The position numbers and the translations under genes are program-made. From the NCBI GenBank assembly GCA_028534125.1, contig CM052816.1, positions 101,184,001 to 101,248,000 of the forward strand: 64,000 nucleotides of DNA, read 5' to 3'. The notes beneath the pieces are model-generated. The model was given only the letters and a program-made list of their open reading frames with translations, did no database searches and was not told the origin of the DNA. This document shows positions 36,554 through 48,994 of this stretch, piece by piece. The DNA comes from Lama glama. Its lineage: Eukaryota. Position 1 is the stretch's first letter, and every line of letters begins with the position of its first letter.

Positions 36554-36595
36554 CGCACGTGCGCACACACACACACACACATGCACGTGTGCACA
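36512..36595. repeat. Compound (TG)n(CG)n(CA)n microsatellite in SLC6A3 intron 1
   Basis: 84 nt of uninterrupted purine/pyrimidine alternation. Confidence 0.95.
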
Positions 36596-37430
36596 AGTGT
36601 GTACAGCTGAAACAAAATGCCAGAAGAAGTATATTTGCAGCTGCCCTTGGCCTCGAGGACCCCCTGCTCTTGGCTGTGACTGTGTAATTTCTTCTGTTCT
36701 CCTGGATTGAAGTCCCCAGAGTTTCATGAACATAGCTCAGAGCCAGCTTCCCTGGTAAAGATGCTAGTTCAGGAGCTAGTCCTATAAATGTTCAGGTGCA
36801 GCCTGGCAGGAAGCTCTCACCAGGTGCGTCCAGGTGGGGCCACAGGCAGACAGGGCTGGTGCAGCCGTCCCTTGAAGGAAAGCATTGTCATTGTTACTTT
36901 TAATCATTGAGTTCCTGTGGCTGACATTAGTTTTAAAAATTTGCTCTCCACTTTCATCGCCAACTATAAAGAACACATACGTACAGTTGTGGCGTCTCAC
37001 TGTTGAACACTCTTCGAGGATTGTAACATTGTTCCCTGGCACTGTGGGGGAGGGTGGAGGTAACATCTTGTGTTATGATTAAAACCAAATTCGAGATTAC
37101 GCAGCCTTGCACTTTGATAGGAATGGGGAGGGCACCGGGGGAGGAGGGCACAGAGCAGGTGTCTGTCCCGAGCTTCCACAGCCCATCTCCCAGCCCTGCC
37201 AGGTGGGCTGGCCCAGTCCTAGCAGCCCCATCCCTGGCTGCATCCTCTCAGGGGCCTGGAATGTGTTTGTTCTGCTCCGAAGCAGCAGCTGTGAAAGCCT
37301 TACTCTCCATCGGGCCACCGGTGCATCGCCGTCCTGGCTGCTAAACCATTGCATTCCTGTGTGTGTTCATTTTCATGCCAGCTGAAGACCAAGAGCAACA
37401 GCGCACCGCATTCCCGAGTCCAGGTCGCCC

Positions 37431-37716
37431 ATGAGTCAAAGCAGATGCTCTGTTGCACTGATGTCTTCTGCTGTGGCCCCCGCTAAGGAGCCCAATGCCA
37501 CCGGCCCGAAGGCGGTGGAACTGGTCCTGGTCAAGGAGCAAAATGGGGTGCAGCTCACCAACTCCACCCTCGTCAACCCCCCGCAGACCCCCGAGGAGGC
37601 CCAGGAACGGGAGACCTGGGGCAAGAAGATCGACTTCCTCCTCTCCGTGATCGGCTTTGCCGTGGACCTGGCCAACGTCTGGCGGTTTCCATACCTGTGC
37701 TACAAAAACGGCGGGG
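37431..37716 (+). CDS. SLC6A3: SLC6A3 exon 2 coding part (286 nt): N-terminus and TM1
   Basis: [22 protein letters not shown]...[36 protein letters not shown]; gtgagt donor. Confidence 0.98.
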
Positions 37717-38952
37717 GTGAGTCGTGCTGCCCTCCCCGTGCGCTCCCCCAGGGCTGGAGCCAGGGGGCAGCTGGAGGAAGGGCTTTGGAGAAGCGCAGCA
37801 TCAGCAGGGTGCAGGTCTCCCCGGGCGGATGTGGGGCTCAGGGATCTCGTGGCCTGTCACCGAGGCCAGGAAAGCAGAGGCAGGGGCTGGTGGTCAGAGG
37901 CACTTGTCTCTGCTTCTGTTTCCAAAGATGATTTTACTCTGGGAAAGAAAATCCTCAAAGGCCCAAAGAATGGCACCTGGCCAACTCACCAGTGTCTGCA
38001 AAGTGCTCCAAGGCCCTTGAACTTGGAGTAGCCAAGATGCACCAGACGGCTGCCTGTCTCCCTCCCCTGCTGCCCCTAGTCCCTGAGCAGCCAGTTCTAG
38101 AACCAGGATGCCTGGACCCCAGGCAGAAAACTAAGAAGTGGCACAGGGCCGCCCAAAATATTCAAGTTGAGAAGCCACTTGGGCTGGTGCCAGGTTCCTG
38201 TGAGTTCCTCGAATGCTGCCGCTGGGCAGCCAGCCCTGCCGCACAATCGCAGGGCCTCTGGAGACCTCCTTGGGGTGGAGTGCCTTCCAGTGTGCCTGTG
38301 AGCCGGTGGGCATTACTGTCCCCAACCTGAGGGGAGAAGACTGAGGCCTGAGCAAATACAGAATTTGCCCTAAGACATCTCCTGGACCCCCCTCCCCAGA
38401 AGAGAGCTGTGCAAAGCCCCACTCATCTGAGACAGAGCAAGAGGGCTTAAGGAGGCTGAGCCTGTGGGGCCCTGACGTTGGTGATCTGATGAGGAACTGG
38501 CTGCTTCCCTGGAGAGTCTCCAGCCCCCAGGGCAGCTCCTGCCCCCAGAGAGCTTGGGTTCTGAACTCAGGGCTCAAGATGAATGAAAGCCCCCAGGCAG
38601 GGTCGGATCCCGGAGGAATCACTACTCAGGAGGGCAGACGTTTGTGCAGGGGAGAGGGAGGGGCCGAGGGCGGGCCCCCAGCAGGGGAAGGGACGGCAGC
38701 GTCCTCTGGTCATCTGCTCCCATGCACGAATTGTAACTCGGGGTGGGAGGTGTCTGGGACCGCAGCAGGGGGTGTCAGGGCCCTCATGGCCGCATGGCCG
38801 GGCATTGGGGCAGGAGGCTCACCCACGCCCGCTGCAATTTTCCTTTGTGGGGTGGACACACGGGAGCTTCAGGGAGAGACAGGGACAGGGACCTGGGGTG
38901 AAAATGGCCATGCCCAAGCACGTGCCGGGCAGGGCAGCCGCGGCCGCAGTGA

Positions 38953-39204
<252 letters not shown>

Positions 39205-39649
39205 TGAGCCCGGGTTGTGAGCTTTGGGCCGCTTCGCTGGGGCTCCACGCCCGTGCAGACGCTGCTTTGGTTCTGGTCCGACCTTGAAGATCCCTGAGGA
39301 CCGAGCACTCGGGGTGCACTCCCTGGCCTCCAGGGAGGCCATGCTGTCATTCAGCAGTGATGTTATTTGGTCAAAGTGCTAAATGGTAGAAAAGACGAAA
39401 CACTCACCTGTTGATCTGTCGTCTCTCCTCGGTCAGTTGTCCATCCGTCCATCTGCACTGGTTTGTTCCGCTGCCGTACAAAGTGCCACAAGCCGAGGGG
39501 CTTCAACAGTAGGGTCATTGTCTGGAAGTTCTGAGGTGAAGTCAGGGGGTCGGGGGCGATCCCTTCTGAGGGCTGGGAGAGGGTCCAGGATGCTACCCGT
39601 GGGCTGTGGCTCGCGGCCTTCTCCCCCTGTCTTCACGTCTTCCCTGCAT

Positions 39650-39800
39650 GTGTCTCTGGCCCTTTCCCCAGGGACGTCAGTCACCCTGGGCTCAGGCCCA
39701 CCCTGACAGCCTCACTTTAACTTGATTTTCCCTGTAAGGACCCTGCTTCCACATAAGTCCACATTCTGAAAAACTGGGGGTTAAAACAGCAACAAACAAA
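39650..39800 (-). mobile_element. MLT1-like LTR fragment
   Basis: ggcccaccctgacagcctcactttaacttgatt...gaccctgcttccacataagtccacattctgaaaaactgggggttaaaac. Confidence 0.7.
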
Positions 39801-39814
39801 TTTTGGAGGACACC

Positions 39815-40030
39815 GTCCACCCATCACACTGTCCGTCCACCTGTCATCCATGCAGCCACCCATCAGTCTACCCGTCTATCCACCTACCATCTGTCACCCA
39901 GCTATCTGTCACATGCAGACCAATCGTCTGTCACCCCCCCACCCACCCACCGACCATATTGTACCTGCTTACCCAGCACCTGTCGTCTGTCTCTGTAGCT
40001 GTCATCTCTCCAACCATCTGGCTGTTCACT
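39815..40030. repeat. Degenerate (CCAT/CTGT)n low-complexity tract
   Basis: Recurrent ccatc/ctgtc/tccac motifs. Confidence 0.6.
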
Positions 40031-41142
40031 GAGCTGTCCCGGCTGCTAACATGATGCCCCAGCGCGTGACGCAAACAGCTTATGCTGAGTCCCGGTGGCG
40101 ACTGGTGTCTGCTGACCGTCCGTGGTCCCCTGGCCCCAGGTGCCGTCTGTAGATGCAGGCGCTGGGGGTCAGGGGCTGGAGTAACTCACCCCGTCATCAT
40201 CTGGACAAGGACAGGGAGATTCAATCCCAGACCTCTCTGACCCCCAGTCCAGCCTCCAGGTCACACCTGAGTCTCAGGAGCCGGTGGTCCAGGGAGGATT
40301 CAGGCATTTCCTCAAAGAGACCGGGGAGGTGCCTGCTTAGACAGCTGGCTTCGTTAAGAAAATGGTGATGCAAAGCCCAGTCTTTGGGTTTCCTTAGAAG
40401 TTCTTGCCAAGTCGGTGCGTTTGGAGAATGGAAGCCCTGGTGGGTCCCCACGGACGCGCCGGGATGCGTCAGCGGGTTTACCCTGAGAAGGAACTGATGC
40501 GGCCGAAGAGTGAGGGCATCTTGCAGCTGCGGGGAGATGCGGGGAGTCCTCCAGGAGAAAATCGCCCTCAAGGCAGCGGAGCCATTGCGTTCACCCTGTC
40601 CTCCCAGGTCCGCGGGGCAGCGAGCATCTCTCGGGCAGGCACCACACTGGGCCTGCAATGCGGTCAGTATTTACACAGTATTAAGGCGCCTAGTCGGAAA
40701 TGAAGTGGCCCCCCTTGAGCGGCCATCCTGGGGGCTGCCGAGGAAGGACGCAGGCTGTGTGTCAAACCGTGTCCTCATCTCTGGATTTCTGAGAGCCGAC
40801 CCCTCGAGTCTGAGTATGCTGTGAGATGTGACGTAACCCTGTGCCCCGCCTCCCACCAGGGAGTCCAAAGCTCAACCAAAGTAAAGCCACCTCGTTCCTA
40901 AGCGTCCAGGCGGGCAGAGCTCGGGCCAGGGACTCAGGGAGTAAAAGGGCGCCCACCGTGGGGCTGTGGGCCAGCAGAGGGAAGTGAATTTCCGGCTGTA
41001 TGTCCTGCCACAGAAGGAATTTTCCCTAACAAAGCTGCCAGCTTATAAAAACGTCGGTAAGTGATTTCCAAGGATCTCGGAGGACTAGTAAATCCTGATG
41101 AACGTGGCTGCTACGGAAAACTTGCCTCCAGGGGGTATGACG

Positions 41143-41198
41143 GTCAGCCCTGTCCACGGATCAGTCCCGAGAGTCAGCCCTGTCCACGGATCAGTCCC
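41143..41198. repeat. 30-bp-period tandem duplication
   Basis: gtcagccctgtccacggatcagtccc occurs exactly at 41143 and 41173. Confidence 0.95.
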
Positions 41199-42299
41199 AG
41201 CTCGCCCAGCAGCGCAGCAGCAGCGCCTGGAGAGCCGGGCAGATGAGGACAGGCTCCACCACGTGCTCCACGTCACGGCCCTAGATTCAGGCTCCTGCAT
41301 CCCAGGTTGGTCTCATCCAGGTCTGGAAACTCATCCATGTGGAGGGATGTGCATGGCCAAGGGAGGCCGCAGAAGCAGTGCCATGTGTCCCCCGTGGGCA
41401 GTCTCGGCCAGAGCCTGGTCACCCCGTCTCCTAAGCAGGAATCAAGAGAAATCGCAAATCACTTCAGGTCGACTGTGGAGCCCGAGCTCAGCACGGGGCG
41501 GTGTCCGGTGGGGGCCGGGGAATCCGCGCAAGGACTTCTGCCTGTGAGGAGCAGACATCTCGACGAGTTCAACGCTCGCAAAGCTGCGGCTCCTGGCAGG
41601 GGACTCCCTGCCCGTTCAGGGCGAGTTTCACCCACTGGGTAAGAGGACGCCCGCTCGATAGGACGCTGGTGTTGCCCCTTGCATTTGGTGAGGCCAACCA
41701 AACCTCGCTGTTCGGGAAACCCTGATACACATGCCTGCCCTTCCTTCTTTCTCTTTTTAAAAACTCAGTAACATCGCAGGTGCTTTCGCCTGTCATTGAC
41801 TAGGGGACACGCGGTAAACGAAGACATCAGTTACAAAGCCCTTCATGGTCTCTGTGGAGCTAAAAGAGGTGGTCCAGTCCTCCAGTGGGCGGTCGGCGCG
41901 TCTGGGCCCCTGTAAAGTCCCCCCTGTGGGAGCAGAGCCCAGCTCTCCAGGGAGCCTGCTCCCCCGTCCTTCCCTCCCTTGGACCTGGGAGCCCCTCCGT
42001 GTGCCTGACTGCACTGAGATCCACCCGAGAAAGCCAGACGGTGAAGTGCATGGTCAGAGTGAGGGCCCTCGGGGGCCGGACATCATCCACAGTCCCCTGC
42101 ACAATCTCTCCAGAGCCCCCCGGGTGGGCACGCAGCTGCAGAGGCCCCAGGTGGCCCTCGGCACCCAGTGTCATCACAGGGCCTGGGAGGAGGGCTCTCA
42201 GAGCCCTCTCCCCCGCCCCTCGTCTCTGTCTGCATCTGCCTCCCCCCATCCCTGGCCCCGTCATTCTCTGTCCCTCCCCGCCCCCCCACCTCTCTCTCT

Positions 42300-42410
42300 G
42301 GTGCGCATGCACACACACGTGTGCACAAGTATGCACTCTCATACACACATACACAAGTGCACGCACACACATACATACACATTCACGTGTGCACATGCAT
42401 GAACACACCC
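42300..42410. repeat. Degenerate (CA)n tract in SLC6A3 intron 3
   Basis: gcatgcacacacacgtgtgcac...atacacacattcacgtgtgcacatgc. Confidence 0.75.
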
Positions 42411-44429
42411 CCCCCAAGCAGACACTAAAGACACTCGGACCACCAGAGGAGGAACTCTCTCCTGTTTCCTCGGAGACCCGTGGTGACTCACCAGGAATAG
42501 GTCCCCTGCTTGGTTAGGGATGTGTTCTCCAGCTGGTGTCCTGGGAGTACTGCTTACCTGTGACACCCTCTTCCTCCTGAAGCCAGCGCTGGGGGACACT
42601 CTGGAGTGACCTGGCTCTCGTGGTGGAGGAGGGGGACTGTGCTGCTCCGCTGAGGTCCAAGAATGCACCTCAGGGTCACCGCCGCAGGCGCCCCCTTTGT
42701 GTGTACAGTGTGGCAGCATCACCGCCGCATTTTATCAAATACAGAATAATTCATTATATTTTGTAGTCAGTGATATTGATGATTTACCAAACTTCCTCTC
42801 CTTCTCAAAATAATTTAAAGAGGCCTAAGATAAAATAGAATGCACACAAAGTTGATATAAAGATGCTTAAAAAATGGAAACGTAAGAAAACTGACGTTAA
42901 GTGTTGTGGTTGAGACTCACACTGAGCCTCGGCTTCCTGCGTGTCAGACAAAAGAGGAGCAGGTCAAGCTTTCATCAATATTTTCACTGGAAAAGTTAGA
43001 GGGGACTGAGCCTGCACCTTCTTGGGAAAGAAGTTCCCGTGGAAGACAGTGGAAGAAACGCATCAGACGGTACTTTATTTGAAGATGTGGTAACACGTGA
43101 ACAGCGGTCACAGGAACATTCTCAGAACAAACAGGACCATGCATTTCATGTGGCTGGGCTACAAGTGACGTGAAGGAGGAACCTGAAGGCCCGTGGCTTC
43201 CTGAGGCTCTGTGGTCCTAGAGGACAGAGCTCCGGTGACCAGACGAATGGCCGACACCACAGCCGCTGTCCTGGGGAATCGGCCCGCCCCCAGGTCCCTT
43301 GGGGCAGCTGGACCACGGCGCAAGGAGGCCGTGCCTTTGGCGGGGGGAGCCTCTGGGGCTGTGCTGTGCTGCTGGTGGGGCAGGTCCTCAGGCTCTGGGA
43401 GCCCCGTCAGCCCGTGGTGCCCTTGTCGCTGTTGTGAAAGTCGAGAAGCCCGGCCTGCCCAGGTGGAGGGCTGTGCACGTGGTGCCGGTTCCAAAGGACC
43501 AGCCCTCCCTTCGGACACCGGACTTGGGTCTGCCTAGTGTTTGAGCAAAAGCCCCTTTGAATTCCCAGCGTTTCGAGCTGAGGGTTTGCTGTGCAGAGTG
43601 TTCGCCTTCCAAAGATCACAAGCCCGGATCCACAGCCAGCTCACCGCCGGGAAAACCCTCCGCGACGCTCCTCGGAACAGCCCCGAAGGCTCGGCCCCCC
43701 GGGCCTGCCCGCTGGGACTCCGCCGCCTCCTCAGGAACGGGCGAGCGGGAGTGTTCCATCTTGGAGAGGGCCTCCCGAAGGGAGCGCATGGGTCCTGCCA
43801 TCACTGCTGCCAAGCGTGTCTTCCAAGGGGGATGACACATGAGTGTATTTCAGGTAAATCACCCCCGACTGCAGCCTCAGGAAGCCACGGGCCTTCAGGT
43901 TCCTCCTTCCCGTCACTTGCAGCCCGGCCACACTCTGATAATGAACTCCTGTGTCTAATATCCACACACAGACGGATGGTGGTGCCTCTCTTTTTGCTTT
44001 CAGGGTAGGAAGCAAACTCTACCGAAGTGTCCTGAGCATGAGAATAGCTCAGGTTTTGTCAGTTGCACCCATAAAAGCAAGCCAGGCCACTCCTGCAAAA
44101 GCTGTGCTCCGCCCCGGCCACCAGCAGGCAAGACAGGGCCTGGCACGTGGGAGTTGCAGCCCGAGCCAGTCCTCCTCGCAGAGCTGGGAAGGGGTGTGGA
44201 AATGAAAGAACTCTGCGTGGGGCTGGATGAAGTAGACGTGACAGTGCTTGTCCAGGGAGGACCTCGAATAGAGAGGGGCTCCCTGACCAACAGAAGGTCT
44301 TCTAACTGCCAGACCGTCTGCCCCCCACAGTCAGGCTGGCACAGCTCAGAGACTGCTCGCCACTCTGTTCTGCTCCACGAGTCAGTGACTGTTCCAAACT
44401 CCAGGTGTTGTGGTCCTGAAAAGTCACCC

Positions 44430-45080
44430 TGAGAGGCCCTGGTGACCATAAGAGACCCTGGAGGGTCGTATATGCGTGACGCCGGCGGCCCTGGATGGTC
44501 GTGCACGGCCCTGGGTGGAGTTAAGTGGTTCTGTAGCTGTGTGGACCCAGATGGCTCTGCCCTGGGTAGTCTTGAGGGGCATGACGGGCCGTGGGTGGAC
44601 ACAAATGACTCTGGATGGCCCTGGGAAGCCCAGGTAGGCATGGATGGTCTCGGATGCCCTCGATGGTCCTGGATGAGCCTGGGTGGCTGTGGTTGGCTGT
44701 GGAAGACCCTGTTGTCCTTCAGTGACTCTTGGTGGCCTGGACGGCCATGGGTGACCCTGGATGTTCCTGGGTGACCCTGGAGGGCCCTCTGGCCCTGTTG
44801 GCAAGGGCATCCCTGGAGGTCCCTGGGGGGCCCTGAATGGTTGGGGGTGGCCTTTGTTGACTCTTGGTGGTGTTCTGTATCCCTGGGTGGCTGTGGGCGA
44901 TTCTGATGGTTTTGTATGGCCGGCGGCCCTGGGTTGGGTGGCCCTGGGTGGCCCAGAGTGGCCCTAGGTGACCGTAAGTGAGCCTGCATGAGTGGCTGTG
45001 AGAGGCGTGGGCAGCCACGGGCGGGCCTTAGCTACCTGTGTGTCTGCAGTGGCCTGGCTGTGCCGGGGGTCCTGGGTGCC
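44430..45080. repeat. Degenerate ~10-bp-motif array (ccctgg-rtgg) upstream of exon 4
   Basis: Many variants of ggccctgg(g/a)tgg and gaccctgg over ~650 bp. Confidence 0.7.
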
Positions 45081-45230
45081 CCTGTGTGTCTGGTAGACGT
45101 GGACGGCCGTAGATGGCGCGGGAAGGGCCACGTGATGACGGCGCGATTGCACCCCCTTCCGCTCGTCTTCCCGAGCGTCTGAAGGCGGCTGGGGCGGGGC
45201 GGCGGGGGCTGACGGCGCTGCATCCCGCAG

Positions 45231-45456
45231 GCGTGGGCTACACGGTCATCCTCATCTCGCTCTACGTCGGCTTCTTCTACAACGTCATCATCGCCTGGGC
45301 GCTGCACTACCTCTTCTCCTCCTTTAGCGCCGAGCTGCCCTGGACCAGCTGCAACAACTCCTGGAACAGCCCCAACTGCTCCGACGCCCGCGGCCCCGGC
45401 CCCAGCCCCGGCCCCAACGACTCCTTCAGGACCACGCCGGCCGCCGAGTACTTCGA
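45231..45456 (+). CDS. SLC6A3: SLC6A3 exon 4 (226 nt): TM3 and extracellular loop 2
   Basis: (G)[74 protein letters not shown](E); cag acceptor and gtgagt donor. Confidence 0.97.
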
Positions 45457-47819
45457 GTGAGTGGGGCCCTGCGGGTCCTGCCGGGTCCGCCCTGGGGAGG
45501 GCGGAGGCCGGGCGGGCGCAGCGGCGGCCCCAGGTCAGCGCCTGCCCGCCCGGAACCCAGGCAGGTTTGGGAGAGACGGTTGCCCAGAGGAGCCAGGCTC
45601 TGTCACTGGGTGGCCCCCTCCGTGACGTGATCCTGAAGGGGTGTCCCTGAGCTGAGGACACCCTGCTGTCACGCAGACACCCGGGTCCACGAGTGTGCAG
45701 GGCCAGTGGCAGCCGCCGCGGGTGGGCGGGGCAGGCTCTGCGAGGACCCCTCCCCCCGACCGCCCCCCCCCCCCGCCGTGTCCTGACGTCCTGACGTCCT
45801 GACTGAAGCAGCTCCTCTTAAGGAGTATCCAGAGCGACTCCCGCCAGCTTCAAAGTTCGCGCCGACTGGTGTTCCTCCTTGGGGCTGAAGTCCTCCCTGC
45901 GTAGTTAGGTACAGTCTGCTCGTGTTTACAGTAAAAATGAGGCCACTTACAATTCAGAAAAAGGAATCTCAACCAATAAAAATCAAGTGATTCAGGTTTT
46001 AACAGCAAGTGGGAACCGCAAAACTCATTTTGAGTTAGAAAACCATGAGACTGAAGGTGAGGAGGCCTCGCTGTGGAAGCGCCGAAGTCCGTCGTGGTGG
46101 GAGGGCCGGGCCCCTGGGGCTGAGCAGAGCCACCCGCCCGGCCTCGCTGAGCAGAGGGTGAACCCTGGTCTTCCCTGAGGGGAAGGGGCCGCCTGCTCCT
46201 GGGGCCCCGTCTAGATGAGTGAGGCCCCTCAGGCGTGCAGGAGAGGAGAGCAGAGCCTCCGGGCCCCAGTAGGATTCGTCTGGACGCAGGAGCAGCCAGA
46301 AGGGCAGGGCTCGTGGACCTGCGGACTGGAGCCTCCGGCTGTGACGCGTGGCACCAGGCAGAACCTGAGCCCTGCGCTCTGGGAGCCTTGCTCAGGCGTT
46401 GTTGGGGACAGCATGGTCGGGGGCGAGGGGTGTGTGTGAAGGGGCCTGCTCACGCTCCCGTGGTTTGGGATTGGAGAGAGAAGGAGTGTGCGGAGGGGAG
46501 GGAGTGAAGTTCCGTGATGGGGAGGTGGGGCCACTGGGAGCCCGCCTGCCGGGCGGGAGAAGGGAGTCTCCAAAGCCGAGGCTGGGCCTTGGCCTCCAGA
46601 GCTCTCAGGAGGGGCGAGCTGGTTCCCAAGATGGGCTGGAGACAGGAGGCCCCTGGGAATGGCCCCCGGGATCGGCCCCCTTAGATCTGCCTCCAAGAGC
46701 CGCAGGTGGGCAGACCCACGAGAGGCGGAGACGCAGTGCGGCTACCTGGGCGTGTGTGACAAGCAGACAGGGAACGGTAGATCTGTCCAGAAAAGGGCAG
46801 CAGAGTATTGGTCGGAGTCAAGTTTGCAGTTCTCAGGAGCTCGCCGCGGGCTGGTCCGCTACTGTGTTTCCCAAATTTAATAGCGAGTCGTGAACAGGTC
46901 GAGGCCGGGGCTGCTCGCACTCTCGCCACGTGGCCCAGCTCGGGGTTCACGAGTGACGGAGAGAAGAGGCCGGCAGGGGTGGGGGAGCCCCTGCACCAGG
47001 AAGCCGAGGTGCAGACGTGGTCTCAGCTTCCGCTGGAATCGGCTTTAATATACCATTTCACCCACAAAACCAGCTAGATTGTTGAGCTAGTGTGTCTTTT
47101 CAAATTTTGAGATGGATTTAGGTGCCGTTTAGAATGCTTAGAAGCTTTCTGAGACGTCAGAGGTGCCAGCAACACTGCCCTCTGGGGACACTCATCTTCT
47201 GTTGGGGGCGTAGGAGGGGCTGGGTCACCCACGTGATTTTCAGGCAAGAAAAATAGGAGGAAAAACTGATCCATCTAGTGATTTATTACTAAGAATGCTA
47301 GAAAGGAAGAATATATGCGACCCGTGAATTGAAAAAAAAGAGCAGACCAGTGGAGTCCGTCTGGAAGCTCCCAGCCTGGAAGGGAGGACCCTCCCCGGGA
47401 AGGGCTGTCACAGCGGCAGGTGACCCGCCGTGGCTGGCGGTGACGCCGGGGCAAAGGCGGGGCCTCGGGAGGTCTGTGGCGAAGTCATCGATCACTAACA
47501 ACACGGTGAGTTACTGAACTGCGCTGAGGATTCCCCAGGTGACTTCACTGACGGTGCTGACTGCGTTGCCGCGAGACAGGCCCCAGTGACTGTCAGGCCT
47601 GCAAGGGTTCTCTGGAATTGAAACCCACTTTATAAAGTGGGTCATCGTGAGAAGCATCGCATGTTTCTGAAGGCACGTCCCACCATGAAATGCCACAAAG
47701 GCCAAGGTAACTGTGACTGTTGAAGTAGGAAAGCTGTACGTGCTGCAAAACGTGTGTGGGTTTGGACACCCCTAGATAGGCCCCTGTAACGCCAGCCAGC
47801 TTTAGATTTCCCCCGGCTC

Positions 47820-48994
47820 CATAAATACTTATTAAAACCTCCTTCACCTTCTTTCTAATATAAACTAGAAAGCCATGTATTTAAAGCTACAGATTTGCCT
47901 CCAAGAGGCGGCTTTAGCTGCCTCCTGCATGTTGGGCACAGTGGGGTCTCACTGTCATCAGTTTAAAGTACCCCCGATCTGCCTTGTGACTTCTTCTTTG
48001 ACTTATAGGACATTTTAAAAGTTTGTCGTTTGATTTTGAAATGTTTAGAGGTTTTCTAGACATATTTCTGTTACTGATTTCTGATTTAATTCTGATTCGG
48101 TGAGATAATATGTTTATAAAACTCCATTGTTTCAAAACACACTGAGACTTGTCACTCAGGATGTGGTTTATCCTGGCGCATGTTCCACATGCCCTTAAGA
48201 AGAACGTGTGTCCAGCTGTGGCAGGGCAGACGCGCCAGCCCGGTCGTGCTGGCTCCGGTCTGCCCGGGCCTCCCACAGCCTCACTGCCTGCTTGCTCTGC
48301 CAGTTACTGAGGAAGGGGTCAGAAATCTCAGCCATAACCTCTCATGGATGTGCCTGCTTCTCTTTACAGTTCTATCCATTTTTGCTTCATGCATGTATTT
48401 TGAAGCTCTCTTTCTGAAGGACATGGATGTTTATGAATATCAAGTCTTTTATTTTTGTTCTGCTTTTTTGGTTTTGCTTTTAATATTTCTGAAAGTTTAG
48501 TGGAAATTATAAGCCTATGAAAGTGATCATTACTGAGTTTGATTTTGTTTCAAATGTATGAACCGAGACTATATTGAGTTACTTAAAGGTGATGAAGAGT
48601 GCTCCCTAGCTATTGGCACCTTTAAGAACTTTCCAGGACGTAATTGGTGGACCAGACATTGGTACCAGAACAGGGCCACCTTGGCCATGAATAAAGAGCG
48701 AAACCCTCTATTAAGTGAACAAATAAATATGCTGTGAAAAGACAGGAACCTCCAGAATAGGTAACATCAAGCCTTTTAATCGACTCCTCTCCCCTATGAA
48801 AGGCCCCTCTTGGTGACACTCACCCTTCTGATGTCAGCTTTCCCTGGTACTCGTATGAGCACCGCAGCTTTCCTGTGAGCAGTGCTCACGTGAGATTTCT
48901 TCTGCTGCCCTGATAAATCCCACCGTCCGTGTCACGTTTAGAGTGGGCTTCACGTAAACAGCAGCGAGTTGGCACTCGGCTTTCCGTTCACTGC
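47820..48994 (-). mobile_element. Old L1 remnant (ORF2 endonuclease region), antisense to SLC6A3
   Basis: tttctgttactgatttctgatttaattc ... atgttccacatgcccttaagaagaacgtgtg resembles antisense L1 ORF2; fragmented. Confidence 0.7.

Noticed and set aside
38310-38360. Possible MIR core fragment
   Set aside because: Too short and diverged to call by eye.
44000-44989. 329-aa minus-strand ORF with a collagen- or mucin-like look
   Set aside because: It is the translation of the degenerate intron 3 repeat array; no splice or homology support.
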